Below, piece after piece: positions 12,090 through 25,524 of a stretch of DNA of 64,000 nucleotides. Position numbers and translations under genes: made by a program. Numbering within the stretch: position 1 is the first letter of the stretch; every line of letters starts with the position of its first letter. Source of the stretch: Octopus vulgaris (Eukaryota); the NCBI GenBank assembly GCA_951406725.2, contig OX597816.1, positions 107,012,001-107,076,000 on the forward strand, written 5' to 3'. The notes under the pieces were generated by a model. It did no database searches and was not told where the DNA came from. It saw only the letters and a program-made list of their open reading frames with translations.

Positions 12090-12880
12090 ACTTCAATTTG
12101 TGGTGTAGAAAGATGGGCCCCTCCTTATCCATTTTGCTTGTCTTGTCTTGGAGTGTCTTCGGATTTTCTTTTTCTTTTCTTTTCTTTCTCTTACTGCTGT
12201 TTCCAGTAATCTGTCACTTTTGTATGTTTTCTATCTCCTCCTGACCATCACAAGACGATGGGGGTAGTGCTGCTAGTTTGTCTCTGGATAGGGTCTCTTC
12301 TGTATCCTGGTCGGTTATTGGAACCGAGGACAAGGCAGTATCCTTCGATAATTCTGTGGTTACGTCCGATGGTGCACTAGAAATAACATTTCTTGCTGAC
12401 ACTGCAGATACTGTTTATTTCCAACTTTTATGGACAAAAACCCCTTTAAATGAGCTTTATTGCCACCCGGCTTTCTGCCTTGAATGATCAGTCGTAAAGG
12501 CTTTGTCTCAGCATTCACTATAGGATATAACTCAGGGATTATGTTGTGTTCTTATGGGGCTCATAATAATTTGTATCTTCATAGAGATCTCGCCCGATTT
12601 TATATTACGTCGAGGATATGCGGATGATAGAGTCTCTATGTCCATATTGTGCAACAAAAATGACTATGAACTAAAAGTCAGCTTTTTTACTGTGACCCTC
12701 GTTTCTATTCGCCTTAAATACCGTGGGACATTTTCTATGGTTTAGTGTGTGATTTTCTGACTATTGTGTGACTTCACCTCGTCCTCAGATTTTATCACGT
12801 ATATACTCTCCTGCATTTAATGTACTAGATCTGAAGCCGCGTATCAGTGAACGGTGTTTCTAATTTGCCTCTAATTATTC
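12090..12880 (-). pseudogene. Possible decayed ORF1 of an L1/Tx1-type LINE
   Basis: Broken frame VIKSEDEVK..VPRYLRRIETRVTVK..IPELYP..LRLIIQGRKP, then a low-complexity S/T/K region. Layout parallels 63700-64000. Confidence 0.4.
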
Positions 12881-13186
12881 TTGGACGGTGCAAAGAAAAA
12901 AAAAATTAATTATACTGATTCAAACAGATAACTTAATAAAAATATCAATCTTGGGGATTCAAAATCATTATAGCCAGAAATAATTATTTTCTAACAGCTT
13001 TGTATACTATCAGGTTGGGTTCCAAAAGATTTCTCTTCGGGGAAGTCTGCCATAAAATATATTGACAATATGGCATTGTGTCCCCTCACAAAAAACCCTC
13101 CGGCGTTCCGTTTCTTTGATGTGATTCTATAAATGCGGTACGGACTTTTGGTGTCTTTCGGTGACGCCAAAGAATCTTTATCAGAA

Positions 13187-13565
13187 GGCGGCGAACTGGC
13201 AGAAACGTTAGCACACCGAGCGAAATGCGTAGCCGTATTTCGTCTGCCGTTACATTCTGAGTTCAAATTCCGCCGAGGTCGACTTTGCCTTTCATCCTTT
13301 CGGGGTCGATAAATTAAGTACCAGTTACGCACTGGGGTCGATATAATCGACTTAATCCGTTTGTTTGTCCCCTCTGTGTTTAGCTCTTTGTGGGTAGTAA
13401 AGAAATAGGTATTTCGTCTGCCGTTACGTTCTGAGTTGAAATTCCTCCTAGGTCGACTTTGGCGTTCATCCTTTCTGGGTCGATAAGTACCAGTTGCGTA
13501 CTGAGGTCGATCTAATCGACTGGCTCCCTCTTCCCCAAATTTCAGGCCTCTTGCCTTTAGTAGAA
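13187..13565 (+). mobile_element. SINE family B, dimeric (tail 1 + tail 2)
   Basis: Family head and core. Restart at 13408. The second unit ends CCCCAAATTTCAGGCCTCTTGCCTTTAGTAGAAA. Confidence 0.9.
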
Positions 13566-13854
13566 ATCTAAAAAAATATTAGGAAATAATTTAAAGTAAA
13601 CAAGGGACGCAACTCAGGATTTGCAGGTGAAGGGAGGTTACTCTTTCTGAAAATTTATTTAAATTCCACTGCTATTTCACATGCGGACTATTTAAGGATT
13701 AATCCTATAATAGCATTTTTCATTTTATATTTGAAATCCAAATACTGTTAACACATGAAAGAAAAAATTAGAACACAACGTGCAAAGACAATCCACATTT
13801 TCTAATTTAATCTTAATCAGGGTATCAACAAGGAACTTCTTTTGGGTTGTCTCA

Positions 13855-14188
13855 TATCTTTTATCTTACTGTGACTAGGTTTTTAGTCAACAAATCGGAC
13901 CTAGGACTTATTTTTTAAAGTCTAGTACTTAAATTCGTCTCTTTTGCTGAACCACTAGGTTATTGGAACATACGCACAACACCGGTTGTTAAGCGGTGGT
14001 GAGGGACAAATTTAGACGCAAAGCTACACACACATATAAATACGACACACATACACATAAATACAAGAGTAGATTTCCGTCTCTCAAATCTACTCTCAAG
14101 CTTGTGGTCGGCCTGAAGGCAGAAGGCACTTGCAGAAGGTACCACGCAGTAGGACTGAACTCGTAACTATTCTTACTACAGAGCCACG
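13855..14188 (-). mobile_element. Degenerate SINE family A
   Basis: Collinear but with deletions relative to other copies. Confidence 0.7.
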
Positions 14189-14317
14189 GGTTGCCTAATG
14201 AAAAAAAAAAGATGTGTGTGTGTACGTGTGTGTGTGTGTGTGTTTGTGTGTGTGCATGTGTGTGTGTGTGTGTGTCTATGTGTGTGCACGTGCGTCCGAG
14301 TGTGTATATAATATATA

Positions 14318-14860
14318 TGTGGTGGTATCAGAAAGTTCGCAGACTAGTTATGTTTAATAAAAAATGTAATTTTTTTAACAAAGTTTTTCATCATCTCCTT
14401 CGATTTAGTCACCTTGCATAGCAATACATTGATCCTAGCGTTCCTGCCACCTTTGGAATACGGCCTGGAAGTTATTTTCCGTAAGCAAGTGGAGGACCTT
14501 CTGCGATTCGCTCTTGATCTCGGCAATGGTGTTAAAGCGGCAACCTTTGAACTGCTTTTTCATCTTAGGGGAAGAGATGGAAGTCTGCAGGTGTTAAATC
14601 TGGCGAATAAAGTGGCTACGGAAACAATACCATGTTGTTTTGGGCGAGAGACTCACCAGTGAGGAGAGCTAGGTAACAGGGGGCGTTGTCGTCGTGAAGA
14701 ATCCTATTCTTCACGCTCAACACATCCGGTCACTTTCGCCGAATGTCCTCCCACAAACACTTCAAAACGTCGCAGTAGAACTCCTGATTCATTATCTGGC
14801 CCCGGGGGAGAATTCTCGATGCACAATACCGCGGATGTCGAAGAAGACGATGAACATGAT
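14318..14860 (-). mobile_element. Mariner remnant, same family as 4209-5100
   Basis: GGTGGTATCAGAAAGTTC terminus and collinear transposase 3' part. Confidence 0.85.
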
Positions 14861-14917
14861 CTAATTCACTTAACGAAATCATTTTTGAAAATTGATATTC
14901 ATGTATAATAATATCTG

Positions 14918-15146
14918 TTTCTTTATTACCCACAAGGGGCTAAACACAGAGGAGACAAACAAGGACAGACAAACGGATTAAGTCAATTACATCGACCCTA
15001 GTGCGTAACTGGTACTTAATTTATCGACCCCGAAAGGATGAAAGGTAAAGTCGACCTCGGCGGAATTTGAACCCAGAACATAACGGCAGACGAAATGCGG
15101 CTACACATTTCGCCCGGCGTGCTAACGTTTCTGCCAGTTCGCCGCC
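14918..15146 (-). mobile_element. SINE family B (tail 1)
   Basis: Full head, core and tail. Confidence 0.9.
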
Positions 15147-15268
15147 TTGCCACTTTCCTTGTGTGAGTGTGTGCGCGTGTTTGTGTACAATGGCAGCGTG
15201 GAAGGTGTTTATAAGCCATTTAAGAAACACACAAAATCCGTTAGATTCACTTCAACATTTAAATTTAA

Positions 15269-15319
15269 TTTGCCAAAATATTTTCGTCGCTTTGAGACCG
15301 CGACCTGATCACTGACAAA
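15269..15319 (-). ncRNA. Minimal type-I hammerhead-like motif, G3-C8 core variant, within a putative Penelope-like terminal repeat (about 15190-15340)
   Basis: Minus strand: UUUGUCA GUGAUCA G GUCGC-ggucucaaa-GCGAC GAAA AUAU U U UGGCAAA. Confidence 0.6.
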
Positions 15320-15536
15320 ATTCCGTGCTGCATCTGAGAAAGCAACAGTTAGTTCATGGTATATATGTGCGTACGTACGTACGTATGTATGTATGTACGT
15401 ATGTATATATGTACGTACGTATGTATGTATGTATGTATGTATGTATGTATGTATGTATGTATGTATGTATTTAGGTATGTAAGTGTGTAGACGTGTCTGT
15501 GTGTGTGTACATGTGAACGTATGTTTATGTATGTGT

Positions 15537-15760
15537 GGGATCCGTTTGATGGACGGAATTTTCTAGTTAACTAAGCAATTTGAAACTTCGTATACTGGTA
15601 GAATGTGTCAAAAGAAAACATTATTGTAAGCAAAATTGAAAACAAAATTGTAATTTGTAAGTTTAACGTAGTTTAATTCTTCGAATTTTAACCAATGAAA
15701 TGCCAGCATTTGAGCTGAAATCATTTGCTGCGTTATCGATATAAACAAACATAGCAGACG
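15537..15760. mobile_element. Solo end of a long-TIR DNA element related to 30973-32161
   Basis: GGGATC start and shared TTTTCTAGTTAACTAA..ATTTGAAACTTCGTATACTGGTAGAATGTGTCAAAAGAAAACA. Confidence 0.7.
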
Positions 15761-16336
15761 CACGCCGCATACACATACACATATATATACACAATGTATA
15801 CATATATATACATATAATGTATATATATATATGTATACATATACATACAACATACATACACATAATATACATATATATAATGCATATATACATATATATA
15901 TAATGTACATATACATATACAACACATAATATACATACATATAACGTACACATACATATACATAACATACCATACATATACATATACAATGTATACACAT
16001 ATACATATACAATGTATACATATATATATATATACAATACACATATATATACATATATACAACATATATACACATATATATATATATGTACATATATATA
16101 ATGCATACATATATACATATATACACACACACAACGCATATATATACACATATATAACATATACATACATAACATATATATATAATGTATGCGTGTGTGT
16201 GTTGTGTAAGTGTGTGGTTAATGTTTGTTAGTGTGTTGCATGTGTGCTGGTGTGTGTATGTGTCTGTTTGTATGATATGGTGCGAGTGTGCGTGTGTCTT
16301 TGTGTGTTTGTTTTGGATGTGTGCCTGGGGGGTATG

Positions 16337-17027
16337 TTAGAGTATGTTTAGTTGTGGTTTGTATTTTTGAATAAGATTATTTTCTCTATTTATTCGTGTT
16401 TGGTCTGTGGTGTTGTCCGGGCATTGGTATAGTGGGAAAACTAAGAATTTGGGGGACTTATTGTGTGTACAGAGGTCTAAGTGTCCACTTAGTGGTATCT
16501 GTCTTGTGGAGGGGTCCCTCAGTTGTTGGCGGTGAACTGTCATTCTTTCTCTGAGGGTAAGGCTCGTTTGCCCTATGTAGTCTTCGTGGCACCCTTCACA
16601 CCTTATGATGTAGAGTAAATTTTTTGATGCGCACGTGAAATTATTTTTTATGATGAATGTGTGTCCCGACTGGAACTTGTATGTCGATCCCTCAATGAGG
16701 TGGATGCAAGTCCTGCAGTTGGGACGACCACATTTTTTGACGGTGGGCAGTGGGTTTGTGTTATGTAATTTTGCGTTGGTGAGGAGGTTTTTTAGGGATT
16801 TAGGTTGTCTCTTACTTTTTATTATTTTACGAGCTGCCAGTAATTTTTTTAGGCGTGGGTCTTGATTTAGCTGTGGAATGTTGTTGCATATAATAGTGTA
16901 AGCTTCTGCATTTCTTGGGTTGTGTGTTGAGAGATAGGGGGGGGGCTATTTACTATACTGTGGATGTGTTTTGGTTTTCGTAAGTCTTGAGTGTTAATTG
17001 ATTTGGCCCATTCTATTCCGTTGTCCA
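16337..17027 (-). mobile_element. Penelope-like element (Neptune-type) 3' fragment: Cys linker and GIY-YIG endonuclease
   Basis: KRQPKSLKNLL..KKCGRPNCRTC..NFTCASKNLLYIIRCEGCHEDYIGQT..RMTVHRQQ..RENNLIQKYKPQLNIL*. Embedded in CA/TA simple repeats. Confidence 0.9.
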
Positions 17028-17939
17028 CTAGTATATATGTGTTGTATGTGTGTATGTGTGGTATATATATATGTATGATGTGTGTGTATGTAATGTATAT
17101 ATGTGTGTGGTATGTATATGTATAATATGTATATATATATATATGTAGTGTGTATGTATGGCCCGCAGACACGCGTAGACACATGTATGCATATATGTAC
17201 ATGCACAAAGACGCGTACACCCACGCCATATATACGCACACATACAAACACATACTCAATACCAACACATGCAAAACACATATACACACATGCCACACAG
17301 ATACACCCAACAGACATGGACACACATACGAACAAACACATACACACTAACGCACATGCAACACACTAATAAACATTAACCGCACACATACACACACACA
17401 CAAACGGGCACACATATACACACACCATCCTACCCCAAAAAATTCTTTAAATAACACACATCTATTTACACCACCCTGGAACCAATCAAAAACAGCCCCC
17501 CCCCACACAAACACATGTATACATATATATGCACACACACAAGGACACACACACTCACACCAATCTCACCTCCATACAGACACACATATACACACACAGC
17601 ATCATGCCAAATGCCATCCACACACATACACACACACATACACACACACACACACACAACACCAAGACAACCACACACGCGATTGACAAATGGACACACC
17701 ATCCTACCAGATCTTACAGACACAAAGACACATCTATTCACACCACATATGTATGTATACACACACACAAAGACACACACACTCACCCCATTCTGACCCC
17801 TAAATCATTGATGCTTGAAGGAGAGACAAAAAAAAGGGTAAATTCTTTTCAGTTCCACATTACTCCTCCTTTTACGCTACCATAGCAGACAGGTCAGTTT
17901 TAGCTTCACTACTATTATAATGTAAATCTTTTTGAACTC

Positions 17940-18322
17940 ATAATATTCTGTACGTGTATACTGAACTTTTTAATAATTCCTTCTGGAAATTATCTTGAGA
18001 ATGTATAATATATTTGTTGTAATCTTTTGTGCCCATTATTTCAATGAGCTTGTTAAACTTTTTTATATTCTCAACATGCTCTTGTCACCAAAGAATGTAT
18101 ATTTATATGGATTGTAGTACTCTGTGTCAACCAATATTCTGTGCATGTTTGAATATACAGATACAATACCAATACCAATATCAATTCCTTCTGGAAACTA
18201 TCTTAAGCATGTCCTTGAGAACGATTATTTATGTAGTAATCTTTTGTGCCCAATACTTTAAGGAACTTGTTGAACTTTTTTATGTCCTTAACATGCCCCT
18301 GTTACCAAAGACTGTATATATG
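17940..18322 (-). repeat. Two diverged tandem ~200-bp units, possibly the extreme C-terminus of an R4-type LINE
   Basis: AATTCCTTCTGGAAA.TATCTT and GTAATCTTTTGTGCCCA each occur twice. Minus-strand translation IKKFNK(L/F)..GTKDY..FQKEL in both units. Confidence 0.5.
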
Positions 18323-18515
18323 TAATGTAGCAATTTGTAACAACCAATAATTAACGCAACCAAACTTCTACATGTTACTTTTGACAATCTTTTTCCAAAG
18401 AGTGAAACCGGTAAAGTAAATAAGCATCTTTTAAATTGCATTTTCAAACCTTCTTTCGTATATAATTCCACTCGTGCGGTACCCCACAACTCCACTTTAT
18501 TATATATATATATAT

Positions 18516-19021
18516 CTGTCTGGCCCCCGTGCCGGTGACATGTAAAAGCACCATCCATTCGTGGCTGTTTGCCAACCCTGTTTGGCCCCCGTGTCGGTGG
18601 CATGTAAAAGCACCATCCGTTCGTGTCCGTTGCCAGCCTCGCCTGACCCCGTGCCGGTGACATGTAAAAGCACCATCCGTTTCGTGGCTGTTTGCCAGCT
18701 CTGTCTGGCCCCCATGTTGGTGGCACGTAAAAGCACCATCCGTTCGTGTCCATTGCCAGCCTTGCCTGGCCACCGTGCCGGTGACACGTAAAAGCACCAT
18801 CCGTTCGTGGCCGTTTGCCAGCTCTGTCTGGCACCTGTGCGGGTGGCACGTAAAAAGCACCCATTACACTCACGGAGTGGTTGGCGTTAGGAAGGGCATC
18901 CAGCTGTAGAAACACTGCCAGATCTGACTGGGCCTGATGAAGCCTTCCAGCTTCACAGACCCCAGTTGAACCGTCCAACCCATGCTAGCATGGAGAACGG
19001 ACGCTAAATGATGATGATGAT
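18516..19021 (+). mobile_element. SINE/retroposon family C with an internal ~61-bp minisatellite and (GAT)n tail
   Basis: Six repeats of GGTG(A/G)CA(C/T)GTAAAA(A)GCACC, then TGGTTGGCGTTAGGAAGGGCATCCAGCTGTAGAAAC and CATGCTAGCATGGA..ATGATGATG. Partial inverted copy at 28580-28738. Confidence 0.8.
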
Positions 19022-19320
19022 ATATATATATATATATATAGTCTGATCAAATAATTGAACATTAAAAATAACAATAATAATAAAACAACAAGAGGACATG
19101 CACATAGAATGTATTAGTTTGATGCTTGTTCAAGCATAGCTCTGTGTACACCCTGCCTCATACATTGTGTTTCCAGAATCACACTTCTGTCATGATGGAT
19201 GAGTTTTTTTAGCACTGCATATCACCAGTTATTCCAGTCCTTTTTTTGTCTTTGTAAGGCTCAAAGTCTTGAGATCAGCCTTCAGTACTTTGGAAGACAG
19301 ACATTTGATAATGATGGTGG

Positions 19321-19353
<33 letters not shown>

Positions 19354-19964
19354 CAATAATGACAATGATGGCGATGACGACAATGACGACGATGACGAGG
19401 ATGATGACAACAATGATAGCGGTGAAGATGATGGTGATGATGATGATGGTATAAGATCTTAATTGCACCTAATATCATCAATTATATAATTGGAGATATG
19501 TGTTTCTTTAAAGAGACAGATAAAATTGATAAGTTAGATGAGAGAAGAAATGTGTCTGTTTGTTTGTGTGTGTTTCTGTGTGTGTGTGTGTGTGTGTGTA
19601 TGCGTGTGTGTGTGTGTGTGTGTGTGTTGTTTCTATCTCCTTTGTTTTATTTTGTAGAAGACCAGGACAATGTTGGTCGAACTGAATCAGTATATTGCTG
19701 GTATTTCATTTGAAATTTTGGCACAATCAAAGTGACAGACGAAATAATTATGGCTCTTTCCATGCTGAGTTCAGATTTCACTGAGATCAAATACACCGTT
19801 CTTGAGTTGATAAAAATAAAGTAGTAATCAAATAATATGATGATGATGATAATCAAATATTGGGGTCGATTACAGTGAAGCACCTTAGATGTGAAGGGAA
19901 TTATGATAAAGAGCAGAACCTCTGAAGAAGGAAATCCCAGCATAGTTGAACTCTCAGTTCGCCA

Positions 19965-20270
19965 CACAACCACCACCACTGCCTCCATCTCCACTGCTTC
20001 CACCACCAGCACCAGCACCAGCACCACCACCACCACCACCATGACCACCACCACGACGACCACCACCGCCGCCACCACCACCACCACCACCACCACCACC
20101 ACCACCACCACCATCACCACAACCACCACTGCCGCCACCACCACCACCACCGCCACCGCCGCCGCTGCCACCACCACCACCACCACCACCACCACCACCA
20201 CCACCACCACTACCACCACCACCACCGACAACAGCAACAGCATCAGCAGCAGCATTATAACCACCATCAT
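19965..20270. repeat. (ACC)n-type compound trinucleotide repeat
   Basis: Seen directly. Explains the poly-T, poly-V and poly-G ORFs. Confidence 0.9.
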
Positions 20271-20328
20271 CAAACATTTCAGTAATTATTGAGTACTGCA
20301 AGCAGGTGTGTGGTAGAATGAGCTGAAT

Positions 20329-20560
20329 TGGCGGTGAGCTGGCAGAAACGTTAGCGCACCGGGTGAAATGCTTAGCGGTATTTCGTCTGTCTTTATGTTC
20401 TGAGTTCAAATTCCACCGAGGTCGACTTTGCCTTTCATTCTTTCGGGGTCGATAAATTAAGTACCAGTTATGCACTGGGGGTGATGTAATCGAATTAATC
20501 CCTTTGTCTGTCCTTGTTTGTCCCCTCTATGTTTAGCCCTTTGTGGGCAGTAAAGAAATA
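20329..20560 (+). mobile_element. SINE family B (tail 1) with TSD
   Basis: AGAATGAG(C/T)TGAATTGG at 20315-20331 and 20561-20577. Confidence 0.9.
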
Positions 20561-20744
20561 AGAATGAGTTGAATTGGTAGAATTAGAGTGAATGAAGTTC
20601 CTTATCATTCTGTGTTCCTATTTTGCTAAGGTAAACTTTGCTTTATAATAATTAGTTATGGCCCTGTGCATTCCGAGAGGTGTTCCTTCTCAGCTGCGTG
20701 CTTGGTTTATATATAGGAAAGGGATAAAACTGACTGCACAATGT

Positions 20745-21363
20745 TTTTTGAGATGAAGCTGTACATGGCTATGGTATGTCCACACTTAGAGTTTGCATTA
20801 CCAGTCTGGAACCCCTTTCTTGCTCAGCCTATCAGTCTCCTGGAAACTGTTCAGAAATGTGCAACCAGACAAACACCTGCTGTCAGGCAGCTTCCATACT
20901 CTGAATGTCTTGCTTCCTTGGGCATGGACACATTAAAGCTCCAATGCCTGGCAACTAACTTGGTAAACACACACACAAGATTATCCATCAGCTTTCCAAC
21001 AACAACCTTGGGTACCTTTTTAAATTCCATCCGTCTAACACTCATGGACATGCTTACAAAATCAAATAACAACACAGCACCCTTGACTTTCAGAAACATT
21101 TTTTTCACACTCAGAATTGCTGAAGCATGGAATAAACTATCCACATTATTTGTTAGCTGTCAGGACATGACATCCTTCAAAACATCTGTGCTTCCTGAAA
21201 TTCACCAACAGTGCACCTGATGTACCCCCTCCCCAATTTTTTTTAAAGAACTTATTCACTGTTCACTTCTTGAGCATACACTATGCCCTTTTAGCTACTT
21301 TTTCTGATGAGTTGTAGAGCCCCTGAATACTGTACACTATACTTCATTATTATTATTATTATT
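20745..21363 (+). mobile_element. CR1-type LINE 3' fragment with (ATT)n tail
   Basis: KLYMAMVCPHLEFALPVWNP..LETVQKCATR..LPYSECLASLG..FFTLRIAEAWNKL. Confidence 0.85.
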
Positions 21364-22535
21364 TGAATGATGGTTACTCTCATGCATGTATACAATGCAA
21401 ATTTCTGTGCAAAATTAGAGAAGATATTGATTCTTAGTTTAAATTGTGCAAAGATCAACTTTGCTTTTAATCAAGTACTGGAGCAAATTTAATCAACTAA
21501 TCTCTCTTACCATTTGTGACCATGTTAAAAAATAAAATCAATAATTATTGACCAGTAAAATAATCAATAGTTGTATTCTTTCACAGCCTAATTAGATTGA
21601 TGAGTTTGACAATTTAATTCGAATTTTGGTAGGATGAAGTCTACAGAAAAAAAGGAAAAAAAAAAAAAAGAAACATGTGTAGGGAGGAATATCTAGAGGT
21701 ATCTAGTTATAGGAACAAATAATTAGACAGAGTATGAAAGGCAACATTTGACAAGAAATTAGATACTATAAAGATGTTGAAAGATGATGTGCGAATACAT
21801 CATTGAGGCAACAAAGGCTGGTATACAGCTTTGCTAGTTTAGTGGTGGAAGGTATGAGAAGTAAAGAGAAGAAATATCACATTAGTGAACCAGTTAATTG
21901 GTTAGTTATTGTTGTCTAATCTTAGACTTGTTTTGATTAGGTTTTCCTGCTGTGACCATCCTGACATTTTCCTATGTAGAGGTAACCAAGGACCATATTA
22001 TCCAGTGAGTTCTTTTCTAAAACAATGGGGATGGGTTTTAAGGAAGATTAAACTACTATTTCTAGTAGGTCAAATGATCATGCAGAGTCTCCTTGTTGGC
22101 AGGCTTAGAGAGGTTGTCCTTATTTGAATATGATTAACCATCTTATATTTTCATAAACTGGTATAAATCATAGAAAGAAAGAAAGAAGGAAAGAATGAAA
22201 GAAAGATTAATGTACTTGGTAAATATAGGAGCCAGCCTTGGAGGCACACTCTTTGAGAATAATGGAAGGTATATATTTAGTTTATATGTGTATTTATTGA
22301 TGAGACAGATGGAATAGAGAAGATGGTGTGTGTGTGTGTGTGTGTGCGTGCACGTGTGTGTGTATGTGTGTATGTGTGCGTGCAGGTAAATGGAAATAAA
22401 TTTGTTGGTTTTATCTGCAAGAGTGCTATAGAAAAATCCTAGTAGCAGAAAGATTCTGAAAAGATAAGGGAGAGCGATATGACCTCTAATTTTTAGCAAG
22501 TGATTGTGTGCAAAAATATTATATCATGTAATATT

Positions 22536-23286
22536 ATATCGCTCTTATCAGTGATTCTCTCTCCAATGCCCAGTCTCTTTTACAATCTCTTGAACAAGCC
22601 TCAAATTGTGTAGGTCTTTACCTCAATGAGGCCAAGACTGAATACATAAACAAGTGCCTGTCCAACAGTGATTGCATCATCCATACTCTCAACAATGCCC
22701 CCTTAAATATGGTTTCTGATTACAAATATCTTGGGTCATACATATCATCATCTGGAAAAGACTTTCTAACTAGAAAGGGTATGGCCTGGTCAGCCTGTAA
22801 TGACATGCATAAGATCTGGTCATCAAATCTAAGTAGAGACTTCAAACTTGAAATCTTCAAAACCACAGTCGAACCAATTCTACTATATGGCTCAGAAACC
22901 TGGATGTTATCAAAGAAGCTTGAGAGGCGGTTGGATGGAACCTACACTCGCCTCCTTATGAGAGCTCAAAATCTCTCGTGGAAGTGCCATCCAACCAAAA
23001 TGCAAATATATGGGAAACTACCACCTGTGTCAACTCTTGTGAAAGGTAAGAGAGTCCAGTTTGCTGGACATTGTTGTAGAGCTGAAAAAGAGGTAATTTC
23101 TACTCTTCTCCTCTGGAAGCCATCTACCCGCAATACCAGAGGGCGCACACTCTCCTACCCTGATGTAATCTCCAGGGATACAGGCATCCAGCAACAGGAA
23201 CTCCGTAATGCCATGATGGACCGTGAAGTCTGGCGTAGCATGGTAAATTCCATTGTCTCGACCACGGTCGTACAATGATGATGATG
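22536..23286 (+). mobile_element. 5'-truncated RTE/RTEX-type LINE with an open RT C-terminal frame, (ATG)n tail and 15-bp TSD
   Basis: IALISDS..VGLYLNEAKTE..DYKYLGS..PILLYGSETW..QFAGHC..DREVWR. ATATCATGTAATATT at 22521-22535 and 23287-23301. Confidence 0.9.
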
Positions 23287-23444
23287 ATATCATGTAATAT
23301 TTTTCAGACAAAAGCATGAACCTACAGGGCCTTTGACAGAAATTTAGCAAAGGTGGGACAAGACTGTTTTCAAAATTAAGGAAGCTGTGAAGATGTTCTT
23401 TTTTTTATTTTGTTTGAAGGTGATGTCCAGCAGATATCTCTTTC

Positions 23445-23640
23445 AATGCAAGTCTTATTTTACAAATTGAACCCCTGTACATGGCTCGTATGGCTCTCAC
23501 CAGCCATTTATCTACTTTTAGCTTCCACAGAAACCACAAGATCATGAGTAATGGATCTTGTTGAAGGTATTTTCTAGGTCAACAAATACCAAATACAATA
23601 CAATGGTATACTTTTGGCTAAATACTTCTCCTGAAACTAT
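23445..23640 (-). mobile_element. RTE LINE reverse-transcriptase fragment
   Basis: QEKYLAKSIPL..LYLVFVDLENTFNKI..LWKLKVDKWLVRAIRAMY, matching the RTE FVDLEKAFD region. Confidence 0.75.
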
Positions 23641-23849
23641 CTGTACTCACACAAGTACATATTAATGCATGTGTGTGTGTATGTGTGTGTATGTGTGAAC
23701 GTGTTTAAATGTGTCATATATATATATATATATACATATATATGTATGTGTGTGTATATATACATATATATATACACACACATATACATATATATATACA
23801 TACACAAATATATAAAACATATCTTCATCTGTATCGTTTTATGCCTATC

Positions 23850-23905
<56 letters not shown>

Positions 23906-23961
23906 AAGTCAAATTGCGATAAAATAAAATTAATTATTATCGCTGGTATTTCTAGCACAAG

Positions 23962-24376
<415 letters not shown>

Positions 24377-24499
24377 TAGATTCACAAAATCCTTATATAC
24401 TGGAATTGTTGAAATAATAGACATAGATTCATATACATTAAATGTTATCATTCTGAACTGAAGCAGGAATCCAATCAGACTAATGGATAAAAGACAAAC

Positions 24500-24785
24500 A
24501 TGGAATGTACTTCACTAAAAGAACAATCAAATGAGACGAACAGCTTTGTCAGTTGGAACTGACTAAAGAATTTGTCAAAACTCAATAGACATAACATAAA
24601 TAGATGATTAAAATACATTCTGTGAAAACAATCTCCATTGAAATAAACTCAGAGACAGATATATGAACAGCACTCTCTCTCTCTCTGTTGAACAAAGCAA
24701 CAGGTAATCAAGACAATGGTTTAAGGCGCCACACTAAGTCTTAGATATAAATTAGTTGTGTTTTCAGGTATCTCTTGAAGACATC
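24500..24785. repeat. Unclassified dispersed repeat; inverted copy at about 57880-58205
   Basis: AACAAAGCAACAGGTAATCAAGACAAT(G/A)GTTTAAGGCGCCACAC and flanks are shared. The internal (CT)n differs in length. Confidence 0.8.
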
Positions 24786-24967
24786 TTTTTTAACTGGTAG
24801 AACAAATCTCATTGGGGAATGGTGAAATTATTTCTCATATTATATAGCTGTTTAGCTGTTTGCTTTAATACAAGAATTCTAAATGATTATTCCACACAAT
24901 GTTTGCTTTCTTTTCTTCTATTTTCTTTCTCTCTCATAATGTACACTCATACATTCTCTCTTTTTAT

Positions 24968-25397
24968 CTCTTTTACTCTTTTACTTGTTTCAGTCATTTG
25001 ACTGTGGCCATGCTGGAGCACTGCCTTTAGTCGAGCAAATCGACCCCAGGACTTATTCTTTAGAAGCCTAGTACTTATTCTATCGGTCTCTTTTGTTGAA
25101 CCTTTAAATTACAGGAACGTAAACACACCACCATTGGTTGTCAAGCGATGTCGGGGGGAGGGGGGGGGGAGAACAAACACAGACACACAAACATATACAC
25201 ACACATACATACATATATATATACATATATATATGATGGGCTTCTTTCAGTTTCCATCTACCAAATCCACTCACAAGGCTTTAGTCGGCCCGAGGCTATA
25301 GTAGAAGACACTTGCCCAAGGAGCCACACAGTGGGAATGAACGCGGGACCATGTGGTTGGTAAGCAAGCTACTTACCACACAGCCACTCCTGCACCT
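24968..25397 (-). mobile_element. SINE family A
   Basis: Full head-to-tail collinearity. Confidence 0.9.
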
Positions 25398-25433
25398 ATT
25401 ATACACACATATTTATGTATGTATGTATATATC

Positions 25434-25482
<49 letters not shown>

Positions 25483-25524
25483 ATATTCATATATATATGT
25501 ATGTATCTATCTATATATATAGAA

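Noticed and set aside
18280-18978. 232-aa repetitive ORF, and a CRISPR-like appearance of the 61-bp repeats
   Set aside because: The whole unit is repeated with no unique spacers. It is a minisatellite within a eukaryotic retroposon.
19891-20292. Thr-rich mucin-like ORF (and Gly-rich or Val-rich antisense ORFs)
   Set aside because: Consists almost entirely of an (ACC)n repeat, with no supporting splice or domain evidence.
23308-23570. Apparent + strand exons with AG/GT boundaries
   Set aside because: Stops occur in all frames, and most of the region translates as an RTE RT fragment on the minus strand.
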